Assembly: GCA_021613535.1 (NCBI GenBank) | Contig: CP075494.1 | Span: 12,524,001-12,588,000, forward strand | Source: Adineta vaga | Taxonomy: Eukaryota > Animalia > Rotifera | Direction: 5' to 3' | Length of the DNA stretch: 64,000 nt | In this document: positions 25,107 to 39,382 of the stretch, piece after piece | Layout of the letters: every line of letters begins with the position of its first letter | How positions within the stretch are numbered: position 1 is the first letter of the stretch | The notes under the pieces: model-generated | What the model was told of the DNA's origin: nothing | What the model saw: only the letters and a program-made list of their open reading frames with translations | Database searches by the model: none | Program-made: the position numbers and the translations under genes

Positions 25107-26389
25107 GAGAAAATGCACATGTGTCACCGCTGGTCGGTAGCTCATCTAAAACAAATCAGTCAGAGAATGTACTTTTCGATTGTCTGGTGATAATTGGTCG
25201 AAACCCGTGCAATTCAGTTTAGCATGTGGAAATATTTGGTCTTTTTTTGTATAATTTGTCTCTTTCGTTTGTTTTTTCTCAGATTCTTTGTTCAGTTTTG
25301 ACTTTTTTTTTCTTTCTGTCTCTTTTTTTTCTTGGCTTTGCACACTTAAGTAAAAAGATCGCAATGAAAATTTCACTCTTGGAATTGTATGGAAGAATTT
25401 TGTTTAAATGAATTTTTGATCAAAACAAATCAAGTAAATATTTTGCTTTTTGTTAGAATTTACAACTGAAGTCAATATAAATACATGGCAGAACAATTGA
25501 CGTTTGGCTATACAAATTGCCTCGTTCATCCTTAATGATTTAAAGTTGTATGCCGGAAAGCATTTAAAGAGAGAGAGAAAAAAAATCATTCTAATCAATG
25601 AATTCTAGAAACAAAAATCAAACAAGTTAAGAAAAGAAAAGGTTGGTAAAGAAAATCGATGTATACTCATTTCAATTCTTCATGTCATAGATTACAAGAT
25701 ATAATTAATTATAATTGAAAGTTAGATCTCTTGAGAGAACGATAGAATAAGGTGTAAATTATGTTGGAATAATAATGAAATAATCAGGTTGAAATGCACT
25801 GGAAAAGTGTTCTCTATTGATCTGTTTTTAAGGACAAATAAGACGAAGAAGAATTTTTAGTTACTTCATGTCGAAATTGATGTGTTTCAAAAGGAAATAA
25901 CGTTTCCTAATTAAGTATTTCATAAGTGACGAAAGGACTGAATCTTAACGTCGTCTTTTATGACATTCGGAAATGAATATTAAGACTCTTTTTTTTATCG
26001 ATGTAGAACTCAAAAAACTAAAATGAAACATCTCTTTTCAATAATCTTTATGATAGAAAGTGAAGTCAACCGGTACTGAAATATACTTTCATTGAATTGT
26101 TTCGCTATTAGATCTTTTGTTTTTAGTAGATAAACTCTATTATAATGAATAATATTTATTAATAAACATTGTTTTGTAGAAAACGAAGACTTCTGCTTTT
26201 CTTGTGTTATTTATACAATTCCATAATATCGATGGTCGACTACGAACAACATCCTATTAGAGAATGTATATAAACATAATCTATATACTCGTCTTAAAGA
26301 AGATTATATTTCCATGAATATCTAACGATTTCTATCATAATACAGAAACAAACTATTCGATTGATCATTGAAGCGTATACAAATCAAGA

Positions 26390-27231
26390 ATGAGTGGAAA
26401 ATCTCCACAACATTCATATAAACATCGATTTAGTAAATCTCGTCGACAAGTACGTATTCAACAAATCCATGTTTTGTTTTTATTTCGAATGAACTATTTT
26501 TCTAGTCTTCGAATGGACGTGGTTCACTAATCAACGAAAAGGTTTATATGATTGAATTAGGTGAACGTCGTCAATCATCAATATTTTCATTTCATGATAA
26601 TGATACGTTTGAAGATGATACACCTATAACATCGAAATGGGCTATAGTTCGTCAACGTTTACCTGATATTCTTGCTCTTAGTCCAACATATAAACCTGTC
26701 AGCATACAAACTCAACTTCTTCTACTCGTTGGATCAATCAGTCAACAAGCAAAAAAAGCAGAAAAAACATATGATAATGAAGAACGATACAATCGAGCAG
26801 ATATTCCATCGAATGTAGTTATGGATATTGGTGGTCGTCGACGATTGATTAATTTAAAACGTATTCCACCTGATCAAATGATTCATGTTGATGTTGATCA
26901 TTTATCATTTTCAATTCCAACACGAAAATTTATTCTAGCAATAAGTCGTGGTAATGCTCGTCAAACAGCAAATAGATACTGTCCACCGGCCATTAGTGAT
27001 TTATTAATAAATCTTTCTCAAACGAAAGTTGTCGATGATGGAAGACAATACAAACGAGCACTATATAAAATGCGTATTGGTCAAAGTTTATTTTTTATCA
27101 TTTTTATATTTCTTAGTGGAATGATGCTTGCTTTAATTGTTGGCGCGATGAATACATTATTCAAATTGAATTCATTGAATCATACAAATGGAAGCATTCC
27201 GTTATCGAATATTGAAACAGAGGACTATTAA
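26390..27231 (+). CDS. Hypothetical protein with a single C-terminal TM helix, 2 exons (26390-26449, 26506-27231)
   Basis: GTACGT...TCTAG intron joins ATG 26390 in frame to ORF 26548-27231; TM LFFIIFIFLSGMMLALIVGAM. Confidence 0.7.
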
Positions 27232-27795
27232 AAATGACGACGAGAGAGAGGGAGAGAGAGGTCTGACAACGAGGGTTTTCATCAGTTGCTGTTTTTTATT
27301 ATTCAAAAAAATTCTATTGATATATAATTGATGATATTGATGGAAGTTTTGTATATGTGCAGAACTTTCTGTGATTGTTCTTTTAAATAATAGCAAAGGC
27401 AACAGATGGATTCTTTTTATATGAATCTTTTTATTATCATGTATATCACGTCAGTATTTTCGAGTTTGATTTTAATCAATCACAACTGTGTCCAACAGTA
27501 AGCATGAAATGTTCTTATTGATCTTTATATCGACGTCAGACAAATATTCTCCAAACTCTGAATGTCCTTTCATTAAAACTACTTGAGTACTTTTGTTATT
27601 TCAGTCAATAAATCTCATAGAAAGAGATCAATGAAAGTCAAATGTATTTATACTTAGATTGTTTTTCAAACACTCATTTATTCAAATAATTGATTTGTTT
27701 CGTCTTCATTTAACTCTTGAAAATACAATTATTTTCTGGTTTGAATCATGTTTATTTAGTTTAACTTTCATATCTTTTAGATTTAATCGTCAAAA

Positions 27796-29031
27796 ATGTT
27801 AATAAATAATCAACTTGCACCCGGTGAATATCGGCATAATTATATCCGATTAGCATTTGTCATCGGTGCAGTTCTTTTATTCACTGGTTATGTTGCTGTT
27901 TATCAAATATTTGAACGTGGCAGTAGTTGTAAGTTAATTTGAAAAATTTACTCTCACAAGATCTGCATTTCAATGTTTTCAGATACTTACGAGAATGGTA
28001 CACTTCGTGCTGAAGATTTACTTCTGAATGAAGTTAGTCCATCCGATTGGGTTTATCGATGTTTGAATGCAATTAATTATCTTTGGCAGGTAGAATCTTG
28101 TTTCATTTGTATTTGCCGAACACTTGATTGTTCTTTTAGTTAGCTTGGTTACTTTATTCTTTAACATTCATCTATCGTCGATCATCAACTGGTTATTTAT
28201 ATCTATCACCAGATACATTAACACCAACATTTTATCTTATTTATATCATTTCTTTTGTTTTACCAGCAATTTGGTTAGTATTCTTTCAAAAAACTTATAT
28301 CATTGTAAGATAGAAATTTTTCTTATGAATTTTCTTTTATAAAGAATTTTCTTGCAATTCTAGTGGACTTGGATCGTTTATTCCGTATCCTTCTTATTAC
28401 TATCATTGGCTTTGTATATCATTAATAATAATGTTGCTACCAATAAGAAAATCTACGAAACAGAAGGATTGTAATTATTTGAAAAGAATCCTATGAATGA
28501 CATGTTTTCTTTTCTCTCTCTCTATTTAGTAATCGAGATATTTGGTGTCTTCGATTCTTTGCTCAAAATGGCGTAGCATATTTTGCTTGTTGGACAGGTT
28601 TGTTATGAATAAAAATAGTCTTATACAGAAAAGAAAGATAATGATATATTGAAATTTTAATATTTCTGTATTTTTTAGCTGTGCGAGCTGTTCTCGCTCT
28701 TGATACGTTTCTTCAAGTTCGACTTGTTCTATCAATAGCTAATGCTGGTACAATTGTGTTAGTATTAGCAATTATTATTGCTGCAGCGTTCTTTTTCTTA
28801 CCAAATTTTAACGCAGCTCTAGTCGAAAAATGTGCTTATCAATTTGCACCATGGATTGTTTTTATTATATACTTTTGGGGCGTAGTAGAAAATAATTGGA
28901 TTCCAAAAAATGTTAAACGAAATAATATTATTGCTGCACTAGAACTTTTAGCTACTGTGGTAGCAGCTATTGGTGCATTGGCTCTATTTACAATGCGTCA
29001 TCGTACATCAAAAATTGATCCAATAGTTTAA
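27796..29031 (+). CDS. Polytopic membrane protein, TspO/MBR-like Trp-rich family, 6 exons
   Basis: Exons splice in frame: ...EVSPSDWVY...YLWQ|LAWLLYSL...|...DIWCLRFFAQNGVAYFACWT|AVRAV...; about 7 hydrophobic segments. Confidence 0.65.
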
Positions 29032-29559
29032 AATACAATTTTGCATATGATTTAATCAAGATCGGGCAATATGGATCTTTATAACAATATTCTATTAAAT
29101 TCTTCTTTAAAAGGTGATCTGTCATTTTTTTGTTTGTTAATTTTGCTTATTTAATAAATCTTATGTACTACGGAAACTTTCAACGTTTGTATAAAGACAC
29201 AGAGTAAAGTGAACAAGATTTCTATCGATGAATGATGATAATGAACTACTGTACTCCTCCTAAGACAAACTTTATTTGTAATGGTTTGTTAACCACCAAT
29301 CAAAATGAGTGGCGCCACATTCAATATTTTTTAGGATCTTTGAATTTTTAAGATTTTCTTTTTAAAATTCTATTAAAAATTCGGATAAAAAAGTTCGTTA
29401 TGATAAAAAAGACTTCTCTGCTCGATATGAAGTGTAGAGGTCAAGGCTAAGAATAAACATGGCATTTGTCGATTAAAGCAACTGTGCTGTATTTTCATAC
29501 AAACTTGATTTCTTTGTTCTTCTTCTTTAATAAATCTTTTAAGATAACCGTTCAATTTG

Positions 29560-32178
29560 ATGGCGAACTATGGTGGTCCACGTTTCACAAGACCTTCGAT
29601 GAATGAACGTCCTGGACCTAGGTACAATTCTGTCACTTTTTCTTTATCAATTTCGATCTATATCTAATTTGTTTTTGATAGATTTAACGTACCACAAAAT
29701 CGAAATATGCCAAGACATAATTTTAATGATCATAGGTAAATTATAACTCTGTTCATTTTATTACAGTGAAGTTCATTCCCATTTTTAGACCACAACTAAA
29801 TAAATCAACTACTGGACCGCGCCCTGGGAAATCACCTAATGATACACCGATGTATGTATTGATGTTTCTCTTTCGAAATAGAAAATTCCTTTTTTTTTCG
29901 TTTAGACCGACATCTACGATTCCAAATCAAACAACAGCCAGTTCTACAGCAACGAATGTAACTGATCCAATGTAATTATCGATAATTTCTCTGACAAATC
30001 TATGTATAATCTTTCTAATTTAGTGTCGACCCGTCAAATAAACAAACAAAACCATCCATGTCAGAAGCTTCGTCGGATCAAGCAACAGCAGGATCCTTCG
30101 TAGACAATACATCAATAGCAAAAACTGATACGAAACGTTCTGATGACCAACAAGAAACTGGACAAAAACGACCGCGTATTGAAGGAAATTCTTTACAATC
30201 AACTACAACATTTGATTCTACAACATTATCATCTCAACAACAACAAAATAATGAAAAGAAGATGGCACAAGGTGGTCGCTGTCGTCTATTTATTGGTAAT
30301 ATTCCATCTGATTTAACACAAGAAGAATTTCAATTGTTATTTGGTAAATATGGTGAACTTGTCGAATATTTCGTCAATCCATCACGTGGTTTTGGTTTTG
30401 TAAAACTTGTATGTTACAAAACTATTTGAACAAGTATTATTTTACTATTCTTTTCTAGAGTTCACGTCATTTAGCTGAACGAGCCAAATATGATCTTGAT
30501 AGTTATATGTTACGTGGCAAACCACTTCGCATCCGTTTTGCAAGTCAAGGTGCTACAGTAAAAGTAAAAAATTTATCAGCAAATGTTTCAAATGAATTGC
30601 TCAAAGAAGCATTTGAACAATATTTTGGTGGTATTGAACGTGCCGTTGTCATTGTTGATGATCGAGGAAAATCGACAGGAGAAGGAATTATTGAATTTGA
30701 AAAGAAACCATCTGCACAAAAATGTCTCAATGAATGTACTGAACGTTGTTTTTTTCTTACAAGGTAATTAAAGTATGACTAACCAAACGGATGATTGTGA
30801 ATGTTAAAAAATATAGCTTTTGTCATGTAGAATAATGAATAATGAGAAATTGAATTGATTCAAACTTCTATTTCATATTTCCATTTCTGTCTAGTGAATT
30901 GAGACCGATTATTGTTGAACCATGGGATATTAGAGATGAAGAAGATGGTTTACCAGAAAAAACTTTAACTCGTAATGCAGCATTTGTGAAGTAAGTTAAA
31001 TACATTTATTTATGAATTGATTTTCTTCGAAACTTGTTTTTCATCAATTTAGAGAACGAGAAACTAAACCTCGTTTTGCTGAAATGAATAGTATTGAACA
31101 AACGATTGGTCTTAAATGGAAAGAATTAGAATTACAAGAAAAACAATTATTGGAAGAAGTAAAAAAGCGTATGCAATATGCTACTGAACAGGTGCAAGTT
31201 GAAATTGATCAAATGTATCTGGAACATCAGTCGCATGTTTTGCGAGAAGGTAAGATTAGATGACAATGAATGAGTAGAAATAATATGTATATGAAACTTT
31301 AAAATACATGATTTTGTTCAAAGATTGAAGAGATAGAAATATATTAGAAAGACAAAGAAAGATTTACATTCGAGTTGTAACAAGTTAGAATTTAACTAAG
31401 TGAACATTTTTACAGTGTGTGAGATGCAAAATATATCGTTGGAATTTTTGAAAAGACAAGCTTGTTGAGTTTGTCTCTTTACAGAAAGACTAGAAAGAAT
31501 AACAGTGGATTATAGTTTTGTTTGTGCTATACTTTCTATCAGTATTTATTCTTCATCAATCTGAGCAAAATAGAGTTGCGTTACATTTTATGGTTAAACA
31601 AATAATCTTGTTCGTTTGTACTAACTTTTTGATGCACTAACAAGCAAATACTTGTACATTACTAGTCACGATGAATATCTTTTGCGAATTTTTATGAAGT
31701 AAGTCAGAGAACATCATAATTAACCGTTTAGTTTGAGCAAATGAAGAGAGATGTAATTGAAAGAAACGGTAAGTGTCTTATGTTGTTTCTAGAGTTATTA
31801 CGTCGTCAAGAAGATCTTCGTCGAATAGACGAACTTCGATCGCAGGAAATCGATCGTCGTCGTAATGTTATGCCAATGCATCATTCAGATGCATATAATC
31901 ATCCATATAACATGTCTCCTGCTCCTATAAACAATGTATTTCATCAAAATCAAGCATCAACAAATGCAATGCAATATAACGATTTTCAACAAGGTGCCTA
32001 TCTACAAAATCCTAGTCCACTTATGCAACAAACAGCACCTGTCGGAGCACCTATTGATGCTGCATACACAACCAATCAAGTATCACGCGGTTATGTACGT
32101 CCAAGTGGAGATGATTTTCATCACCAACAGCAGCAACAACAACAACAAGGGTTTGATAGAAAACGACCGAGATATTAA
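29560..32178 (+). CDS. DBHS family RNA-binding protein (NONO/SFPQ/PSPC1/Hrp65-like), multi-exon
   Basis: RRM1 (RCRLFIGNIP...RGFGFVKL), RRM2 (VKNLSANVSNELL...RAVVIVDDRGKSTGEGIIEF), NOPS (RPIIVEP...DEEDGLPEK), coiled coil and C-terminal NLS RKRPRY. Confidence 0.93.
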
Positions 32179-33049
32179 ACATTTGCTGTTCTTTTTCTCT
32201 TGTTTTTTTTTGTAAGAGATGTACAAGAAATTCGATCGTTTATTAGTAAGAGAAATCCCTTCGTACATATGCATCTTCTGTCTATGTTTTGTACGCCATA
32301 CAAATTAATATGTACATGTTTCTTTTTCTTTCTTTGATGTTTATCTTCTCGTTTGTATGTAAAATACTCGTGAGAAATTCGTCGTAAACTACTTTAACAA
32401 ACAATTAATCAAATTTTATGTTTCTGTTTTCTCATTGATGAACGGGAGATTTGTGATTAGATGCATGTTATTTAACTTAAGTTGAAATAGAAAGAAATTC
32501 TTGAAGAAATATCAATCGATCGTTGCACATTTTCTAGAATAGAATTTTTGAAACAGAAATTAGGTGAAAATAATAGTTGCTGGCAAGATTCGTAATTTAA
32601 AGTTAATGACGTCGTGTTAATCGATTTTCTTGTTTATTAGCTCGAACATAATACCGAATCATTGTACTTTTCATTTTTTCCCTAATCTGATCGGATTAAT
32701 TCGAATGTGTCTGATTTCATTTTTGAAAATATATACTCTCTCTTTCTCCTAAATATCGTTTCAATCGAATAAGTTGTGTTTTTTTTTTGAAAAATATTCC
32801 TTTTAAACAATCATTTCCTTTTTCTTTCGCAGTTCTGAATGACTGCACTTGTTCGTCACTCTACAAAACAGGAAATTCCAATCAACAATCATTTGTCATG
32901 TCAAATGATATGTTAAGTAGCCTCTCCAGATGAACTCATCTTTCTTTCCTTGACCAATGATATAATCGTTCATTTAATCTATCGGAAATAGTCATTTATT
33001 TTATAATCAAAAGAAAAATATAACTAAATCGAATATTTTCATTTGCTCT

Positions 33050-33980
33050 TTATTTCACTCTGGTTCGTTGTTGAGGACTTGTATCGATTGGTACTAAACA
33101 ACGACGTTGAGGTGTTAGTTTGAGATTTTGTAAACATGATTGAAGAAATTGTTCGATCATTGATTGAATTTGAATCAGTTCGATTTTCTTACAATCGATT
33201 GTTTGAAAAATATATTCATCAAAATGATGAACACTTTTTAAAGAAAGACCTTTCATTGCTGCTTTGATACATGCACAAGTTAGAAGACTTGGAAGAATTG
33301 TTAATGTATTTAGTTCTAAATAGAAAAAGAAACGATTTGAAAAACAAGAACGTTTTTGATTTTTACCACAGATTGCAATTGAGAGAAGAATTTGAACGTG
33401 TAAACGAATTTGTGTTTGATTATCAAATGGTAAAAAATATTGAATATAATCATGTGGAACAATATTCGCTAAATCCCAATCTAATGTACTGCAAATTATT
33501 TCTTCTGTATTCTAAATGAGAAAGAAAAGCAATATGTTGATTTGAATGAATAAATTCTATTCTTTTCGTATTTACAAAGATTTCTTCATCATGATAGTTT
33601 TCTTTGGAAAATATCTCGGCAAGTTGATCGTTTTCTTTATTATTTACAATATTTGTACGTAATTTTTTTGAAATATGATAACAACAGAGAGCGATTAGTT
33701 TATATGAACGATCGTTGATTGTTGTTTTTGAAGATTTTTTTGAAAGGAAACGATCGAAAATATTCATTGTTAAAGCAAAAATATCATCAGAAATTCGTTC
33801 ATCATCAGTTAACTAAATGAAGAGGAAAAAAAAGGTTGATTCGATTTTCAAATATTTTCTAAAACAAACTTTATGTAAATAATCAGCAATTTGTCGTCGT
33901 TTTGGATGAGATTTGATGGGTAATTTGAAAAAATAAGTTTTTTCAATTGAAAGCATCGTTTTCAATTGTTGTTTCTCCAT
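33050..33980 (-). CDS. D-type cyclin, divergent, 4 exons
   Basis: Cyclin box RRQIADYLHK|LTDDERISDDIFALTMNIFDRFLS...LIALCCYHISKKLR, LDWDLANIVPHDYI and PSLLTCACIKAAMKGL align by eye with cyclin D. Confidence 0.8.
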
Positions 33981-34092
33981 CGTTTATGTCTTTCCGTATT
34001 CTTTTTTTCTAATATTATGACGAATGGTCACACTCAGCTGAATGTAATCATTAAACGAAGAAAATCGATACGATTGGATGGGATAGAAGAAC

Positions 34093-34094
<2 letters not shown>

Positions 34095-34141
<47 letters not shown>
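34095..34141. repeat. (GA)n microsatellite
   Basis: About 22 GA units directly visible. Confidence 0.95.
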
Positions 34142-34145
<4 letters not shown>

Positions 34146-35186
34146 GAAGGAAGATAAGAAAAGCCGAAATTGAAATTCTAATTAGTACTTGTCGATGACA
34201 CACGAAGCCGTGCGCGTGTCTAGAGTCCAATAATCGGGTCGAGAACAGCACGTGTGAAGAGTCCGGCAGTAACAAAACATTATTTAAGAAAATCAATCAT
34301 AAAGGCAATCTTTCGTGTTATATACGAACATATTTAGCGTAAATTTTTTCTCACACTCACAGTGATGTTTATAAATAGAGAGAAGTATTTCTCGTTTGAA
34401 TTTAGAAATTCTTTGACGAGTGAAAAACTTAGCGATTCGTGACGATATATTTAATGTAATGGAACCGTTCTTTTCTTAGAAAGAAGAAGATTGTGTGAAA
34501 AGATGCGCTGACCGATCAATTAGACTATTCGCGTGGGATCAATTTTCACCTTGCATGTATGTTTTGATGACATGATTTGACGTTGACATGCTAATGTATT
34601 AAATAAAAACAAGAACGATTGAATTTATTTTGTAATAACTATGCTACCGTATGTTAAAATGCTTATTTGATAAGACAGAAGAAGAAGAAGAAGAAGAAAA
34701 CAGTGCAACATGTGTTTTTCAACATTGATAAATGAGCATTCGTATACGTAAGATGATCCGATTACATTGAATTTGGTTCGTTAGATTTCAGAAGTTAAAA
34801 TCAAAAGAAATGATCTCTTTTGGAAAAAGAAAAACTGTTCATTTATATCCAACAGAGATAATCGCCTTTGGAAAGAAACTGAGAAGCAACAATTATCAAG
34901 TTTAACATCTCTTACGTCAAAATTTGACCTATTTTCTTTTCTCAGACTGACATGAAGTATGTGTGGATAGAGAAAAGAATGTTTATCGGCCACCCATTGT
35001 GTGCACATGCACACACAGAACTATAACGGATGCATCATTCAATTCTGTGTTTTTTGTTTCAAATCTATAAGCTAATTTGAAAATTTATTTGTTTATAATC
35101 ATACACAGTAGGTGAGAAATATGTTTATGACTTTATTTGTGTAAGAGAATATTGTAATGATAGAAAAGAGAATGAGATAGAGGATA

Positions 35187-35510
35187 TTAATATCGATTGG
35201 ATTTTCGATTTCTTTGGTTTAATTCGTAGAGAACTTCCATTGGCATACCATCAAAAGATTGACTATCGAATTGACGAATACCATTGTCATTGATTGTCTG
35301 TAATTGATCAAATAATTGGTTAACTTCATCCGGTTGTTGTTCATTAGTAAAATATTGTTGTCGCCAACGACGTGGAATATTTCGAGTTGTTAACCATTGT
35401 GATGCTTCCATATCAAGAATTGAAGGAAGCTTTGTTCCTGATTGATAAGATTGAACATATGCCAATTGAAGGAAAACAAGAAAAATAGCTATAACAAAGA
35501 TTGAATGCAT
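35187..35510 (-). CDS. Small secreted protein, possible neuropeptide/prohormone precursor
   Basis: Signal peptide MHSIFVIAIFLVFLQLAYVQS, basic sites (RR, RK) and a TATA-like tatttatata upstream (~35570-35583). Confidence 0.6.
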   Translation of the reverse strand: MHSIFVIAIFLVFLQLAYVQSYQSGTKLPSILDMEASQWLTTRNIPRRWRQQYFTNEQQPDEVNQLFDQLQTINDNGIRQFDSQSFDGMPMEVLYELNQRNRKSNRY

Positions 35511-35760
35511 GTTGCTCTCAAAATTTAGTTCTGTACGAATGAATTAGTTTCAACCAAATATTCAATGGATTATATAAATATAATAATTATGATTCTGTCA
35601 TGCTTCTATTAACCCTTTGGTTAAAAGGAGCAAATACACGAGATGAACTCGTAAAATATAACGTAGGAGATATTGACGTATCAAGATTTTATTGAAACGA
35701 ATGAACAAAAACTAAAGACTATTGTAAATATATCAATATTATCTTTTCAGTATGTGAGAA

Positions 35761-38321
35761 ATGTCTTCGACGAATTCAACAAATTTTTTGGATTCATTTA
35801 CTAGTGTTGATGAATATAAACAGGTGAATGTCGATATTCTTTTCAAAGATTGAAAATTTTGTGTCTACATTTAGAAAATCTGTTCCAAAGTTATTGATGT
35901 TATTCGTACATCAAATCGATTAGGAATAGCAAATTTTGAAGAATTAATGAAGGTGAATTCTTGTCATGAGAAAATGAATCAATTGAGTGAACGAATATTA
36001 AAGAGGTATTCTTATTCAATCAATCTTTCTTCTAAAACTAATTCTCTTACAATCTAGAATTTCTCAAATGAAGTCTCATATTCAAACAACCAATTGGAAT
36101 CACTTAGATATCGAAGAAAAACTTGAACAATTAATTGATATTAATGATACATTATTTGAAAGAATTGTAAGAAATCTAAATTCATATATATATATATATA
36201 TATACTAATTTATTCAATATTAGGCATCTGCACTTGACGAAGCGGACGGAATAACAAAATCAACTGTATCAACAACTGTGGTAAAGATATTTACATAAAT
36301 GAAGAATGTTATTTTTAAGTAGAGTATTTTTAGCGACAAGTTCTGATCAAACCACAATTGAAATTCAAACATCAAATTAATAATAGTACAGATATACCGT
36401 TCATTCCAAAACTACGAACGAAACCAAATGCAATTACACCATTACCAGGTAAAATTTTCTTCATTATTTTTCTTTCTAAACACAGAGAATGTCTTTAGCA
36501 ATGATGATGCAAATGAATTGGGAACCAATCGATCTTGATTTATTACAAAGGCATCCTGAATTGTAAAAGTCTTTGTAATCTCAAGAACAACAAACGATTG
36601 TTTTTCTCTACTTATAGATTAGATCATCCTTATTTTGATGAAATTGAAGCATTTGAACCTGATGATATATTATTAAAACGAAATGAACCAAAAGTATGTA
36701 TCAAAAATATTTCACTATGTACTTTTAGAAATCATGTTATTTTAGTTTCCAAAATCTATGGAAGAAACAAAATGTTTATTTGTTGATACAATCGATAAAT
36801 TAAAAACAATGATGGATCATATTGAAATTCAAACAGAATTAGCAATTGATTTAGAAGTAATTCAATAGATTTTCATTCGTAATTCTATGTATTATTTTTA
36901 GCATCATTCTTATCGATCTTATCAAGGTTTTACATGTTTAATGCAAATATCGTCACGTACTGATGATTTTCTTATTGATACACTTCTTCTTCGAGATGAA
37001 TTATCTATTCTTAATAATGTCTTTACAAATCCTAAAATTTTAAAAGTAATTTTTCATCTTTTAATATTTCATTCACAGAAATATACATTTGAATTGTCAA
37101 GGTCTTTCATGGTGCTGATTGGGATATTGAATGGTTACAAAAAGATTTTGGTGTTTATGTTGTGAATATGTTCGATACACATCAAGCAGCCAAAGAACTT
37201 CAATTACCGACTTTATCACTTGCTTATCTTTTGAAAACTTTGTGTAATATTGATGCAAGTAAACAATTTCAATTAGCTGATTGGAGAATACGGTTTGTTA
37301 GAAAAAAAATAAATGGAAAAGATGATATTTTTGTTTTACTATTTAGACCTTTACCAAGTGATTATCTACGTTATGCACGAGAAGATACACATTATTTATT
37401 ATATATTTATGATCATCTACGAAATCAATTATTAGATATGAATAGACAAAATACGGAAGTTTTACGATCAGTTTATGCAAAATCAAAAATTGTTTGTCAA
37501 AAGGTAATATTAGATTTTGATCTATATTAACGTACATGCTCCAAGAAAATGAACTTTATAATTAGAATCCTACGTGATCTATCAGTTGATTTTCTGAGGA
37601 ATATTAATTGAGCTTATAATCTATGATTACAGAAATATTTTCTTAACTTTCATTGACTCTAAATATTTGCTTTTTTTGATTAGATATACAAGAAACCAAT
37701 CTTTGACAATTCTGCTTACAGAATTCTCTATGCAAAATTTCATAGAACAACTTTTGATACTCGTCAATTAACTGCTTTGAAATTACTCTATGCATGGCGT
37801 GATAAAATTGCTCGACAAGAAGATGAATCACCCAGGTATACATATATAAATCTATTCTTGACGAAATCTATAGTTAAAATACATTTTTCTTCTCAAGTTA
37901 TGTTCTATCTGATCTCATGCTAATGCATCTAGCTGAATTATTACCTAGGTAAATCATTTTTCTATTAAAGAAGTCTTTTGATTCTATGACAGTTGTTGTT
38001 TTGTTTTTTCTTGAAGAGATATTCCAGGCATTCGAGCAAGTTGTAAACTTCTTCCTGAATCAGTAGATAAAAATATCGAAGAAGTTCATCGTTTATTAAT
38101 CGAAGCAATTGAAAAACCTTCATCGGTATGTCAATTATTTCTTTTCATGTAGTTCCTATTTGAATTATTTAATCTATCTTCAGAATTTCAATGAAGAAAA
38201 TTCAGATGGTTTATTACAAACGAAACGTTCGATTTCTTCATCGGATACGAATATACCAACTGAATCACCATCATCATCAGACGATCATATTAAACGTACA
38301 AAACTTGTTCCTGAAACTTGA
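35761..38321 (+). CDS. EXOSC10: Exosome component 10 / RRP6 (PMC2NT, DEDDy exonuclease, HRDC), multi-exon
   Basis: LAIDLE|[55 protein letters not shown] and [20 protein letters not shown]. Confidence 0.92.
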
Positions 38322-39347
38322 CTATGATTTCTTTTTCTCAATGTAATTTATGCTAAAAGCATTTTCTTTTCTCTTCTCTTCATACATGTTCTCAATGTTG
38401 ATTAATAAATCAAATTAAAGAAAAACACGATATTCATCATCATCATCTATGTATTCAAGACATTGAAAAGAAAACGGAATATAATGCAGTTCTTCTTTTA
38501 ATTAGTTTTTCTGGTTTGTTAAACTAAATAATTTAGAAATGATTCGTTTAATATTTTCACTAAACACGCACATAAGGGAAATCATTGGATCAATTTACGT
38601 CACAAATATTTCTCTTAAGAAGAAAAGAAATCACTGAAAATTAACATCGTAAACAATATTTCGACACACTATCTTATAGAAAAAGAAAGACAATCAATTA
38701 TCTTAATTTCTTCTCCTCCAATCTTTAACTTTCAGTCTTGTTTTTCTTCCTACGGTTCGCATGCTATTCCTTACTTTCACTTTATCTTCATTAGAAATGA
38801 CATTCGAAATCAAAGAGAATATCTTTGATTTCATCTTACAGATATGTATCAGGAAGATTGAGATGCAATGAGATGAAACAATGATAATTACAGTTATAAA
38901 TCGTATTTTTATACTCATTGATCACCTCTCGATAGTAATAGTCGCCAATTTCTTCTACTATAAGAACGGAAAAAGACAAATAAGTTTCTGATTACTTGTC
39001 TTTTACTTCTCCTTTTATTTAATACAAGTTCGCCGTGAAATTTACATCTTTCTCTCGCATCGGTAATTCTGAAACGGATCTTTACACTACCGTTCTTTTC
39101 ATCTTTATTTGTTTTCCAGTTGCCAACAAACTATAATTTTAAACTTTGTTATAGGTTTTCTTCCACTTGTTTCTAAAATGAGGTCAAAACGGAATTAGCT
39201 GAATAGCAATTGATCGTTCTATATTTATATATAACGTTATATATGTATACATTACTCGTGCGTCATCATAACTTATTTTACATGTGACTGCTCATATAGA
39301 AATGCTTTTCAATTTGCTTTTGTCGCTAGTACTTCACACTCACTTCT

Positions 39348-39349
<2 letters not shown>

Positions 39350-39380
<31 letters not shown>
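39350..39380. repeat. (TC)n microsatellite
   Basis: About 15 TC units directly visible. Confidence 0.9.

Positions 39381-39382
<2 letters not shown>

Noticed and set aside
25104-25190. Possible stop-codon readthrough after the MGTAES ORF
   Set aside because: TAG-G is not a leaky context and the extension has no recognisable features.
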